A DNA stretch of 64,000 nt from Mustelus asterias (taxonomy: Eukaryota): contig NC_135808.1 of the NCBI RefSeq assembly GCF_964213995.1, forward strand, positions 7,316,001 to 7,380,000, given 5' to 3'. Shown here piece after piece: positions 26,442 through 39,439 of this stretch. The notes under the pieces were generated by a model. The model saw only the letters and a list, made by a program, of their open reading frames with translations, made no database searches and was not told the DNA's origin. Position 1 is the first letter of the stretch; each line of letters begins with the position of its first letter. The position numbers were made by a program, and so were the translations under genes.

Positions 26442-26706
26442 ATGGATGGACGGATGGATAGATGGATGTATGGACAGATGGATGAATGAAAGGACAATCA
26501 GATGAATAGATGGATAAATTGATGGACTGATGGACCGATGGACGGATGGATGGACGGATTGATAGATGGGCGGATGGATGATTGGATGGAGGGACGGATG
26601 GTCGGCTGGACAGACGGATGGACGGACGGAAAGACAGAAGGATGGACGAATAGAGGGATGGACAGCTGGATGGACGAATGGATAAAAGGATGAACGGTCG
26701 GATGAA
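26442..26706 (+). repeat. (GGAT/GGAC)n tetranucleotide microsatellite
   Basis: Direct reading of the sequence. Confidence 0.95.
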
Positions 26707-28182
26707 TCATAATAAACAACATACTTTTTCAGAAGAAAGAGTCTGGATATTTGAACTCTAATCCTGCCCAAGTCGCTCATTCAGATGCTCCAACACGGCG
26801 TGTCTCAGTAAACCCAGAAAATATTGCCTGCTGCAAACCTTCCAGGCCGGTGCGTAGGGGTACTTTGGTATGTCCTTGCTGATTGCTGTGTAATTCTGAA
26901 CCAGGTTTAACTGCTCGCATCTTAGGGTGGAGATCTCACGCAGTCTCACACATAGCGACAACTCAATGCTTACTGCTGGAAAGCTGTATTCTTGTCCAGA
27001 AAGATGACAGGATATCGTATTTGGTCTGCCCCTTTAATGCCTCGTTGCTGTCGTGACCTATGTTTCTGGTGACCGGCCTGGTTGCTTTAATTTTGGGAGC
27101 TTCCAGATCTCGCAATACCTCAGTAGGCACCTAAAAGCCAAAATTCGTCGAGTCTCCACCTTGTCAGCCAAAGCCTCAAGAAATTCCATCTCGGTCTGAC
27201 CTGAGTCTCATGTACCGGTTGCATGTGCAAATGATTTTGGCACCTATTGCAGTGCTTCGAGCAGCTCTAAACTTCCCCACGCGATGGCGCTATTGTACAT
27301 AACTGCAGACTATGTGGCCACATTGATGAGATACTCCTGGCTACTGCTGATTAATCCCACAGAAAACGTGTTCTTCTGATATTCCAGTGGCAGGCGCTAT
27401 TTCATGATTCTTCATGTTGAGTCACACTCGAGTGACACTTCAGCCCGGCCCTCCCTAGAACCGCCGTAGGGGCCTCTACTCGTTACTGCGCCCGTGGCGA
27501 AATTGATAACACGTATGATGCTGTTCTTGGCTAAGGTAACTTAGCGTATGTAAATTCGAATTGTGTTCACTTGAGACTTAACCATACAATCATCATGAGA
27601 CAGGTTCGTGAAGTAACGCAGTAAATTTAAATAAGTTGTAATCTAATAGTTATGAAAATAGGGCAGCGACTTCACAGGTGCACTACAGTTCTTGCTTCCC
27701 GATTCAGCTTTAGGCGCAGGTCGATACTTGGTCTGTGCTCTCGCCAGTACTTCTGCTTCCCTGTGGACAGCAGGCACTGAAAACTCCTGTTTCAAACTTG
27801 GAACCCTCCTTGAAGAGTGAAAACTGTTCCTTACTAACTCTTTTCAAGACACAACGCACAGCGCGAGTAATTACATTATAAAGTTAAAGTTTATTTATTC
27901 GCCACAGGTAAGGCTTGCATTAACATTGCAATGAAGTTACTGTAAAATTCCCCGAGTCGCCACATTCTGGCACCTGTTCGGGTCAATGCACCCTAACCAG
28001 CACGTCTTTCAGACTGTGGGAGGAAACCAGAGCACCCGGAGGAAACCCACGCAGAGACGGGGACAACTTGCAAGCTCCACACAGACAGTGACCCAAGCCA
28101 GGAATCGAACTCGGGTTCCCGGCACTCTGAGGCAGCAGTGCCAACCACTGTGCCACCGTGCCGCCCCGATCATTGCATTCTG

Positions 28183-28249
28183 ATTGGCTTAGACGAGACA
28201 TGGGTCGCTTCTAATTGGCTTGAGCGGCCCGTGATCCATCTGTGATTGG
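28183..28249 (-). promoter_or_regulatory. Three CCAAT boxes at 31-bp spacing (NF-Y-type promoter)
   Basis: ATTGG at 28183, 28214 and 28245 (CCAAT on minus) in a CpG-containing patch just upstream of the decayed gene. Confidence 0.5.
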
Positions 28250-28920
28250 TATGCACGGCGCACGATCAGTTTCTGAATAGTGTCTCGAGTTTGATGTTCA
28301 TCTGTTGGTGTATTTTTTCTTGTCCCCTGACTGGCCCTCTAAGGTCGTGGGACCATTCCTCTCATCAAAGTTTTTGTCACTTTTAGAACTTCTTGCTAAG
28401 ATTAAAGAATGTTTTATGGTATCTTCCCTGCCCACTACTTCAGTATACGCGAAATGTGCTGTTATCCGCTCATGAATGATATAGTGAACCCATTGTTTCA
28501 AACGTTTCTTACTTGGTGTAACTGCATCATTAAATTAAACTCCATCTGACAGTATTTTACAGTCGATTTGCAGCAAAAATGTATTCCTGTCTATGCTTCT
28601 GGAATGCGCACAGAGTTGTTTTACTTCCAAAACAAAGGATAGAGTGATAAAGTTGTTTATAACCTTAAAAGGGGAGTACAAAATGAGAAGTACTTAAAGG
28701 TTATACAGTGTGTGTATAGAATTTAAAGGTATGGACATAATCAGTGTTTAAAATCGTCTAGAATGATTTCAATGTCTGCTCTATGTCTGCAGTGACGGGG
28801 AACATGGATTCATCTGTCCAAAGGACTATTTGATCGATATGTACCAGCACGTCCTGTGGAACTTCGCTGAACAGACACGTAGCAATGTATTTTGTTGAGA
28901 CAACTGCTTTGCCAGAGTAT

Positions 28921-29565
28921 AGTAAGACGTCCCACGACACCAGGTTAAAGTCCAACAGTTTATTTGGAATCACCTTATTTGGAATAGGTTGACTTCAAAT
29001 AAACCTGTTGGACTTTAACCTCAGTAAGAAGTCTCACAACACCAGGTTAAAGTCCAACAGGTTTATTTGGTAGCAAATGCCATAAGCTTTCAGAGCACAG
29101 CTCCTTCGTCAGATGGAGTGGATATCTGTTCTCAAACAGTGCAAACAGACACAGAAATCAAATTACAGAATACTGATTAGAATGCAAATCTCTACAGCCA
29201 GCCAGGTCTTAAATGTACAGACAATGTGGGTGGAGGGAGCATGCTCCCTCCACCCACATTGTCTGTACATTTAAGACCTGGCTGGCTGTAGAGATTTGCA
29301 TTCTAATCAGTATTCTGTAATTTGATTTCTGTGTCTGTTTGCACTGTTTGAGAACAGATATCCACTCCATCTGACGAAGGAGCTGTGCTCCGAAAGCTTA
29401 TGGAATTTGCTACCAAATAAACCTGTTGGACTTTAACCTGGTGTTGTGAGACTTCTTACTGTGCTTACGCCAGTCCAACGCCGGCATCTCCACATCAGGA
29501 CTTTAACCTGCCATTGTGAGAATACTTATTGTGCCCACCCCAGTCCAACGCCGACATCTATACAT
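28921..29565. mobile_element. Nested Penelope-like hairpin insertions (inner 29022-29497, outer 28921-29565)
   Basis: Outer TSD TTTGCCAGAGTAT (28908-28920, 29566-29578). Inner TSD GGACTTTAACCT (29010-29021, 29498-29509). Same terminal sequence as the GIY-YIG-bearing element at 34476-35067. Confidence 0.85.
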
Positions 29566-31029
29566 TTTGCCAGAGTATGGTTTTGTTTATAGAGTCATAG
29601 AGAACAGAATCAGGCCATTTGACCCACCATGTCTATACCGACCATCTAATTCCAATCCAAACTATCCCATTTATCAGCACTTGGTCTATAGCCTACTATG
29701 CCTTAGAGATTTAAGTGCTCGTCCAGATGCTTCTTAAATGTTGCAAGGGTACCTGCCTCCCCCACCCTCTCGGACAGCGCGTTCCATATTTCCACCACCG
29801 TCAGGGTGAAATGCTTTTCCTCAAATCCCCTCTAAAGCATTTACTTCTCACTTTAAATCTATGCCCTCTGTTCTCAGACACCTCTGCAATGGGGAAAAGA
29901 ACGACGCTACCTATGCCTCTCATAGTTTTGTAGACCTCTATCATATCCCCCCGTCAACCTCCTCTGCTCCAGGAAAAACAAACCCAATTTATCCAGTCGC
30001 TCGTGAAGTTGAAATCCCCTACTACAATAACCCTATTCTTCTCACACCTCCCTGTGATTTACCTGCATATCTGCTCCTCTAACCTCCTTCTGACGGTCGG
30101 GAGGCCTGTAGTATAATCCCAGCAAATTAATCGCCCTTTTTTATTTCTAAACTCATCTGCCCTCATTAGAAGAGTCTTCTAAGACAGCCTCCCTCATGTA
30201 GTCAGGGTCTCTCTCAGTAATAATGCAATGCCCCCTCCTCTCTTCCATCCCCATAGTGTACAGCCATTACGATTGGCGGAAGGGTCAAGAACCAGAGAAC
30301 ACGAAGTTAATGTGAATGGAAACGTGCAAAGGGCAAGTTGGGAGTGTGACGGAGGCAGGTACAACCTTGTCTTTGCAATGGCACTTCAACAAACAGTTGA
30401 AGAGAAAATATACAGGATTACAGGGAAATTACGGAATATTAGATTTGTGGAATTGCTCTTGCAGAGATGCAGCACGGACTTAACGGGTTGAATGGCCTCC
30501 TCTGTGCTGCAACTATTAAATGGTTCTATGATGGGACCTACATTAATACACAAGGAATAGAACCTATCTATAAAGATTAGATTTGACTAACTTGGTTGAG
30601 TCTTTGATGTAATGACAGAAAGACTAGATAAGGGTGCAGTTGTTGTTGTTGCATGAAATGCCTCTCTAAATGCAGCTGATAAAGAACCACAGCAAAGACC
30701 AGCCACGAATGTGTCGAAATAGTCGAATCGAATGGAAAGTAAGGCATGGGTGTGGGTGGCAACAGCAGATGAGCTGAGACAGGGGCGAATTCGAGCGACG
30801 TTTTCACACAGAATGTGGTGAGTGTTTGGAACGAGCTGCCAGAGATGGTAGTAGAGGCGAGTACAACTTTGTCTTTTAAAAAGCATTCAGACAGTTACAT
30901 GGGTAAGATATGGGCCAAACGCGGGCAATTGGGACTAGCTTAATGGTAAAAACTGGGTGGCATGGGCAAGTTGGGCCGAAGGGCCTGTTTCCACGCTGTA
31001 AATCTCTTTGATGCTATGACTCTTAGTTA

Positions 31030-33190
31030 TGAGGATGGAATTAGATGGTTTTGCTGCACATAAAAGATTAAAAGCTCACCGATTATGTGATCATCTCAGG
31101 ACTAACTGTGACAGCAAGGCTTTTATGAGACTACCATAATGCTAGATTGTTCCTAGGAAGAGAGAGGATGCCGATAAAGATGGGGCAGGGGTAAGAAACA
31201 ATGACTTCAGCTTTTCCAATATTTAATTGGAGGACATTTATGCTCATCCAGTCCTGGATGTCTGAATAGCCGCGTGAAAATTTAGCAACTGTAGAGGAGA
31301 TGGCGGTGAAGTGGCGTCTATATGAAAATGAATACTGTGCTTCCAGGTAACGTTGCCATGGAGGAAATATGGATGAATAAAATAATGATGGGGCGAAGGA
31401 ATAATTCTTGGGAAACGGTGGGGAAGCTTGAAAAGACACGATTCTGACCATTGCAAGTGATTCACTGGTTGTAAGATTGGAACAACGTGGAACCAGTCCC
31501 ATCCAGTTGGACGGCAGTGGAAAGGCATTGGCGAAGGATTGTACGGGTAAACCGTATTAGAATTTGCAACCAAGTTCAGAAGGTCGGGGAGGGACACATT
31601 ACTTTTGTCACATCGGATATCATTTATGACTTTAATCCAAACTGAAACGTAATTGGAGGGATTCGAGCTTGGAATTCTGGGAAAGATGGGAATGGATTAA
31701 GGACTTTCGAGAGGTAAGGGTGGTTGGAGAAGGGACAGTAGGTCACCATTAATACATATATGCTGCAAAATTTGGCTTTGCTTTGCTGAACTTGCAGACG
31801 TAACTTAGACAAAATTAACTTAAGACAAACAGCATAATTAAGATATGATGGAAAGAAAAGATTTCCAACCATGACGTAAGGGGACTGTTTGCTAAGTCTC
31901 TGGGTGCGGCATTATTTTTACATTTGTATTTCTTTTAAACAATTTGCTATTTGCTGTTGGGAACGCGTCAATAAAGAGGAAGCAGGATGTTGGCAGGGGC
32001 GGAATACGTGCACTTTTGATATGAGGAACGAGATTAATAGAGGAACCAGGGAATGGTAGAGGAACTATCAATTTTGCATAGACATAAATAAACAAGATCG
32101 AAACTATAAATAAGGGCGTGTGGTATATTCTGTTACCACGATTAACACTGTAACGTCGACAAAAATACTATATAAATGTACTGAAGAAATGTTGAATCAT
32201 AGAGATTGGGGTCTCCCGTATATGTACATTCATTAACCAGTAGACTGACTTGATCCATCCACAACTCTCACAATTCGCTTGTTTTGACTGACTCTTAGAT
32301 ATTCAACAACAACTGGAAGGTCGGGGTCAGGTTCAGTGTTTTTAATCCAGGACAAATGCGAAACAGAACACACAAATCGATGGGCTGAACGGCCTCCTTC
32401 TGCACTGTAGGGATTCTATTCTATTCTATACCATATAGCAAAGCCAGGCAACACCTGAAAAGAGGCAGCCATTTACAATATCAGCTAACAAAGGGAGCTG
32501 AGTGGCAGCGGGTTGGGGGGAATTGGATAATCAGTAGGTTAGTGGGAATAGGGTCACAGGAACAGCAAGTGGTTCTCATTGCCATGATGAACCTAGAGCA
32601 TATGGGTAGATAGGAGAGAAACTAAATAAAGGTGTGAGTTCACGTCGAAAGCCGGGAACAGCACTGCAAGAAGTTCAACCAAATGGACTGACGGAAGCAA
32701 ATGATAAACAGAGGCAGCGGATCCGATTGTCTCAATTTCTGTAACAAAGGAGTCCGTGAACTCTTCACACATGTTGTTGGAATTGAGAGTGGGAAACACG
32801 GGAGGGGATTTGAAGAAGATGGTTGGCCGTTGGGAAAGGAGGTGGGGGCTCTCTTTGCAATTCAGAATGATTCTGAAATAGTGAGCAGTGTTAGAAGACG
32901 ACAGTAGGATCCGATAATGTTTCAAGTGGCCTAGTCACACCTGGCAGTGGATGTCTAGGCTAGGTGCCCACCATATTCCATCAAGTTGAGTTCTTTGGAA
33001 TTTAGGGAGTGGAGATGGGGGTAGTGCCAAGGTGAAAGGTCAGAGAGCGAGGGTGGAATGGTCTGCTTGGGCACTAGCACATCAAAGGGTACGAAGGATT
33101 AAATCAGTACTTGCAGAACGGTTACTGGCGAATGGAGGACCAAAGGCTAGATAGTTGGGATCTTCAAAATGAAGCTATAAGTGAATTGGC
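31030..33190 (-). mobile_element. Highly decayed L2-like LINE fragments
   Basis: ORF remnants such as DIQDWMSINVLQLNIGKAEVI and HYFRIILNCKESPHLL..CEEFTDSFVTEIETI. Confidence 0.5.
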
Positions 33191-34475
33191 AATAGCCTAT
33201 TTATCTACATACCACTAGTAAATGGCCCCTCGACGTCCTCTGTTCTAGTGACAGAGGAGTTCTTCCACTTTAAATGTATCTTCTGTAGACTAGTAGATAC
33301 AGTTACATTATAAGTTCTTAGGATCTTTGTGGTTTTTGGTTTTACAGTGAATCAAACCATTCAGCATTTGTAAAAGCTGCAATTTTATTGTTGACGCCCG
33401 GATGTGACCACTGAAAGTTCAATCATCATATAACCCATGGTTACGTGCACGTTTGATCGCAGATGAAGGTCAATTGTTCCCACGCATTGCAATAAATTAT
33501 TAAGCAAGATGTCTCAACAATAAGCCTGTCTAAATTTTAGCTTGGAGATATCAGATGCACAAAAGCTTATGTGGGTGGCATTTACACGGAACAAACTTAA
33601 ACCACAATATAATAACTGAGCCCGATGTCGAGGTAATGTTTCCATTGCTAATTGAGCAGAGCAGAAATTTGCAAGACAGATTGAAAATTTTCCTTTTGAA
33701 GTATCGAATCAAAGTGTTGTAACACAAAGTTCTTTTTCTGAGGCAAAATAAGTGCTAAGTGATAGACAAGTAAACCATTTATATTTTGATCGCGCACTTT
33801 TCAAGCTTGGAATCACTTTAGAAAGATAAAATGTTTTCGATTCGAAGATGGATTCTTGTGAGGTTCCAATGATATGTTGAAGATTGGGAGGTGGGGGCAG
33901 AGTGGTAATATCGCTAACTGATAATTCAGAAGTCCAGGCTCTTGCTTTGGCGACCAGCTGGTGGAACCTCAGTCCCATTGATAAATCTGGGATATAAAAC
34001 TAATAGCGACAGTGAAAAATATAATTGATTGTTGCTAAGAACCCATGAGAGAAAAGAGGCCATCCATACAAGGCCTGGCCGGCATCTGACTGCAAATCCA
34101 CGACTTAACTGCGTTCGCAAATTGTCTAACAAGCCACAGAGTTCGGAAGCAATTATGGGGGGGTAAAAAATGGATGGATGAATTTCCAGCGTCACTGCCA
34201 TCCCATGGAAAAAAGGAAATGCGGATTTAACTGAAACCTGATGCATTTAAAGTAAAAGAACACACCATGGCGCTTTTCAGGAGAGTCATGAAACTCAATA
34301 TTTGACTCAATTGGAGAAAAATATTGAGCTCGTGCAAAACGAATGTTGTACGCAAGTTCACTCAGTTTCCAAAGGGGAGGTTAAGTTAAAATTTCCCTGA
34401 TACCACAGCTTTTCTTGCTTTAACTTTCACTATATTTTACAATTCTCACCAGCTTATCTGTATTGCAAGATGTCA

Positions 34476-35067
34476 TGATGTGGAGATGCCGGCGTTGGAC
34501 TGGGGTAAACACAGTAACAGTTTTAACAACACCAAGTTAAAGTCCAACAGGTTTATTTGGTAGCAAATACCATTAGCTTTCGGAGCGCTGCTCCTTCATC
34601 AGATGGAGTGGAAATCTGCTCTCAAACAGGGCACAGAGACACAAAATCAAGTTTCAGAATACTGATTAGAATGCGAATCCCTACAGCCAACCAGTTCTGA
34701 AAGATACAGAAATGTGAGTGGAGGGAGCATTAAACACAGGTTAAAGAGATGTGTATTGTCTCCAGACAGGAAAGCCAGCAAGCCCAGGAGGCAAGCTGTG
34801 GGGGTTACTGATAGTGTGACATAAACCCAGCATCCCGGTTTAGGCCGTCCTCATGTGTGCGGAACTTGGCTATCAGTTTCTGCTCAGCGACTCTGCGCTG
34901 TCGTGTGTCGTGAAGGCCGCCTTGGAGAACGCTTACCCGAAGATCAGAGGCTGAATGGCCGTGACCGCTGAAGTGCTCCCCCACAGGAAGAGAGCAGTCT
35001 TGCCTGGTGATTGTCGAGCGGTGTTCATTCATCCATTGTTGTAGCATCTGCGTGGTTCCCCCAATGT
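34476..35067 (-). mobile_element. Penelope-like element 3' end: GIY-YIG endonuclease C-terminus plus pLTR
   Basis: ORF 34805-35047 (..MNEHRSTI..LPVGEHF..HS..DL..RRVAEQKLIAKF.T..GLNRD.GF) is typical of Penelope GIY-YIG ends. pLTR carries CTGATGA-stem-GAAA. Confidence 0.85.
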
Positions 35068-35899
35068 GGCAAGAGTAATGGGTAAAAAGTAGGTTTACTG
35101 ATTGATGCTCAGAACAATGATCTTATGCTAAAGAAAGCAATTGCTCTCGCTACACAATGTTACCCAATTTTACTCGCGTCAAGCTGAATCAATTCTACCT
35201 TTTTCAAACTGCATTTGCTAGATTTTCTTCGTGCTTTGTCATTAAGAGTTTTGGTGAAACAGTATTTCATCTGTATGTGGTCAAGTTCCACTCAGCAATA
35301 TTTCTTCATTGAATATACTGTGATAGTGATGTTTAGAAATTAATTGAATGATTTCCGTCATTCAACAGTCAAAGATAAAGTAATGAATTTCTCTCTCCTC
35401 TTGTACAAAATAATAAACTAAAGTATCACAAAAAGGCAGCAAAACAAATATAAATATTTTGCACATACCACATTTCCAATAACCCATGTTTGGCAGAAAT
35501 CATGATCCAAATTACTCCTAAATTCCCAAATCGAAAAATGGCTCGCTTGTTAAAAGAAATCTTAGAAAAAGCAGCAAAATGGAGAGGCACAATTGGTAGG
35601 CCTACATCTTAGCATCGAGCAGATTGCAAAACTTCTGGGGCATCTCACTCCTCCGCATCACTGGGAAGGCCTTCATTGTAATTAGGCTCCAGCAGCTAAC
35701 CAACAGAGGCACAATGTGGCTTCACAGCGATAGATTCAGGGTAGATATGATCTTCCCTCACACCCACCCCACCGTCAGCTTCAAGAGAAGTGCACAGAAT
35801 AGCATAAGCCACTATAACCTGCTTTTGCGGATCACACTAAACCATTGTACACGGTGAACAGGCCGGGTATCTACTGATACCAGAGGAAATTGGCTGCCC

Positions 35900-37385
35900 T
35901 CCAACAAATATTTCACTGTCAAATATGGTCATTGCATGATAACATGCGTGGCACCATTCAGTTCGATGGCTTCCACTCTAACAGTTATCAGATCAAGAAT
36001 GGGGTCAAGCACGGCTGCTTCTGTTTGGTAGCTTTTTAAGTGTCCTACTGTCCTGTGCTTTCCCTGCCATCATGAGAGGAATGTATCTCCACACACGATC
36101 AGACAGGAAATTCCTTAAATAATCAAAACTGGAAACCACGACAAAGCTGTGGTGCATCCTAATCAGAGAACCTTTGTACACCGTAATGTCGTACTCGTTG
36201 TTCAGACGTAAGAATAATTCCAAAGTTTAATGGATCGTCTGCTTCATCCCTGCGTCACCAAAAGTGCCAGGTAAAATGTAGGAACGGAATAGATTGTTAC
36301 AGCTCCCCCTGTGATCAGTGTAAATATCTCACCACTGGAAACAGTGAGTAAATTATACTATCTCGTTTAACGATTACAGACAACTTGCATCATGATGAAG
36401 CAGAACAATGAAAAGGCAGCCATCAACAGAAATCCATTAACAAAGTGGCATGATTAAACAACAATCTGACCCACAGAACCAAGATACTTATCTACAAGCC
36501 CTGAATCCTCAACACATTTCTGCAAGGTAGCGACAACTGGACAGCTTACAAGAACAAAGGCAGAAATACGTCCATATCTAGTGTTTACGATGCATCCTTG
36601 GAAAGATAAGGTAACCAATGAAGCAGTCCCTTCGAGGATAAGCATGCTACTGCAAATCAAGTGACGAAGCCTTCACTGCCTTGGGTATTTGCATTGGATG
36701 AAACACGGCCACATCCCCATGTTTTATGGAGAGAAAGCCAGTGCTGAGTAATCAGAGGAGCGCCCAAAGCTCGATTCAACAATTCAATTAAAAAGACACA
36801 TGAAAGCCCTAAACATCGGCTTCACGGTGGCACAATGGTTAGCAAAGTGCCTCGTGGCTCCAGGGAACCGGGTTCAATTCCCGCCTTGGATGACTGTCTA
36901 TGTTGAGTTTGCACCTTCTACCTTGTCTGTGTGGATTTCCTTCGGGCGCTCCGGTTTCCTCCCACACCCCAAAGGTGTGCAGGTTAGCTGGATTTGCCAT
37001 GCTAAATTGCCCATTGGTGTTCCAAAATGTCTAGGTTAGATTGACGAGCCATCGTTATTGTGTGGGGTTGCAGGGTTAGGGCGGCGAAGACGCCTGGGTG
37101 TCAGAAAACCGGTGCAGACTCGATGGGCTGAATTGCCTTTTCTGCACTGTAGGGATTCAATAATTCTATGATCAATCATGTCAAACTGACGATCAACGCA
37201 TATCGCAACAGCAGCTGTGGGCAGGAATACGCCACCCTAACAGTATGTGGTTTCAGAAGCCCCAAGGCAGCAAAGATCATCCTGCAACGGCAAGGGATAA
37301 CTTCACATGTAACACTTGTGGTAGGTTTTGTCTCCCTAGAATTGGCTTGTTCGTCTCTAATCTCCAAATGAGGCTGCATTCCCGT
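35900..37385 (+). mobile_element. Decayed RTE-clade LINE interrupted by a SINE (about 36820-37170)
   Basis: Remnants resembling GVKQGC, DGKLFN and the C-terminal C..CG..C..RIGL motif. Confidence 0.5.
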
Positions 37386-39439
37386 CATCTCGGTAGCACA
37401 GTGGTAGGGCGGCACGGTAGCACAGTGGTTAGCACTGCTGCTTCACAGCTCCAGGGACCTGGGTTCGATTCCCGGCTTGGGTCACTGTCTGTGTGGAGTT
37501 TGCACGTTCTCCTTGTGTCTGTTTTCTATAATTCCATGATTCTATGATCTCTCACAGATGTAAAGATGCCAAGCACGCAGCATCTTCAGCTTCGCCATAA
37601 TGATGGATCATGGCCATTTATTCAGTGACTACGACCTCGCTCGGGTGAGGCTCGTGAAATCACGCCTGAGGTCAACGGAGAATTCGATTCTGCGAGTCTC
37701 GTCAGTCCCGAAATTTGGCGGGCGTGTTTCCGAGGTGGGCGTGGCGGTAAAATTCCGGCCCGTCCCGATTCATAGAAACACTACAGCACAGAAAGAGGCC
37801 ATTTGGCCCATCGAGTCTGCACCGACCACAATCCCACCCAGGCCCTACTCCCATATCCCTACATATTTACCCACTAATCCCTCTAACCTACGCATCTCAG
37901 GACACTAAGGGCAATTTTAGCATGGCCAATCAACCTAACCCGCACATCTTTGGACTGTGGGAGGAAACCGGAGCACCCGGAGGAAACCCGCACAGACACG
38001 CGGAGAATGTGCAAACTCCACACAGACAGTGACCCAAGCCGGGAATCGAACCCAGGTCCCTGGAGCTGTGAAGCAGCAGTGCTAACCACTGTGCTACTGT
38101 GCCGCCCCATTGTAAGAGACTTGCTCCACCTTGCTGCATCCTTCCTTTGAAAGGCTATTTCAAAACCTTCAACTTCTAAATAATTTTCAAAGATAATTTT
38201 AGATACGAAGAGCATGCCACCAAACCACAACACTCGTTTATATTACCTTCATAAGCCCCGTTCGGAGTATTTGAATTGTAATTTAACTCTTTGGAATTAC
38301 ACCATAGTTTTTTTTGCCTCCATTATTGCATTTAGACGATCATTACCTACCACTCATCTCCATTCTAAACAGTGGAATTTACTGGCCTAAGTCAACAAAT
38401 AAACTTTTGATCCATTCTGCCCTTCCCTCCATCCTTCTCCCTAATTCTAGGCGTTTGCTTTATTCCCCACTCACCCTTGCAAAATTCTCTAAGACATTGT
38501 TCGGTAGATGAGTCGCTCTGCAAATATATATACTATTCTGACACTTACTTTTTTAAATTATTTAACTGTACAGCATCAATTCCAATCAAAATAAGCAGAA
38601 ATCCCAAAACTGAAATGCATTTTTATTTAAAAGCGCTAAAATATTACATAATGCGAAGTTGTTTCATGCAATTAAGCTTGCATTTAAGTCGCATTTCTAT
38701 GTTCGTGAATTGTTCAGTTGCAAAGTAATAGGTTTACTTCTAAATAGTTCAGATTATTAAGTAAAATCTATAACATGTTAAACCCCCTCCACCCTCCTCT
38801 CAAGCCATAGATATGCAGTGTTTGCAGGGTGTACCATCTTCATGATGAACTGCAGGAACTCACCAAGGTTCCTTAGACAGCACTTTCCAAACGCCGATTA
38901 CTACCTATAAGGACAAGAGCAGCAGATACATGGGAACACCATAACCTGGAGGTCCCCTCCAAGTCATTCACCATCCTGACTTGGAAATTTATCGCTCTTC
39001 CTTTACTGTCGTTGAGTGAAACTCATGGAACTCCCTCCCTCACATCACTCTGGGTGTCCCTACAGCTCAGGGACTGTAAGAGTTCAAGAAGGCAGCTCAT
39101 CATCACTTTCCTAAGGCAAATAGGGATGGGCAATAAATTTTACACTAGTCAGATACGGCAACATACCATAATTTATTTTTTAAAGTATCATATTAATAAT
39201 AATGAATAATAATAGTATATAGGTTGCCACGGGAACAGCAACTTCAAAGAAATTCTATTTGAAAAATAAACAAAGTCATATATTTAAAATTTAATGCAGC
39301 GTATATTGTACACCAACAATCAAGAACTAATTACCACAAAAAACTGAAAAGTTGAAAGTAATTATTTTTATCTTACAGTTATTTTGATAAGACCGGACGG
39401 TGAAATAGAGACACGATAATAATCAAACAATGCGGAGAT

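Larger units (their letters stand above)
22954..27839 (-). pseudogene. Probable decayed multi-exon gene for an unidentified coiled-coil protein (exons about 27839-26725, 26430-26370, 25064-25035, 23556-22954)
   Basis: GT-AG junctions with mutually compatible phases give ...IRVQISRLFLLKK|FRLHSNMEVDLQRKKFQFWQ|YVSKHSRHGA|EDVKPKQLLIDAHSKLRQMK..LEKATKRE*ILDLMYKEREERISKELSD[SINE]AKQRQRRNLHQNLLAQRSQAEVIYLALKQFESILRKCF..*. AATAAA follows at 22938-22943. Stops, frameshifts and a SINE disrupt the frame. Confidence 0.5.

Noticed and set aside
26758-26961. PYAP (CD28 tail motif) in a minus-strand ORF, suggesting a distal exon of gene B
   Set aside because: No supporting splice sites, and it lies inside the large decayed exon of the pseudogene. 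Probably chance.
27100-27260. EMEFLEALADKVETRR..EVLRD resembling Gypsy gag or Harbinger Myb/SANT
   Set aside because: Similarity is weak by eye, with no LTR, PBS or TIR. The spliced pseudogene model explains the region better, though it is not proven.
28921-29565. CRISPR-like array or microRNA precursor reading of the repeated and palindromic block
   Set aside because: There is no repeat-spacer periodicity, and the sequence matches the Penelope terminus at 34476-34740.
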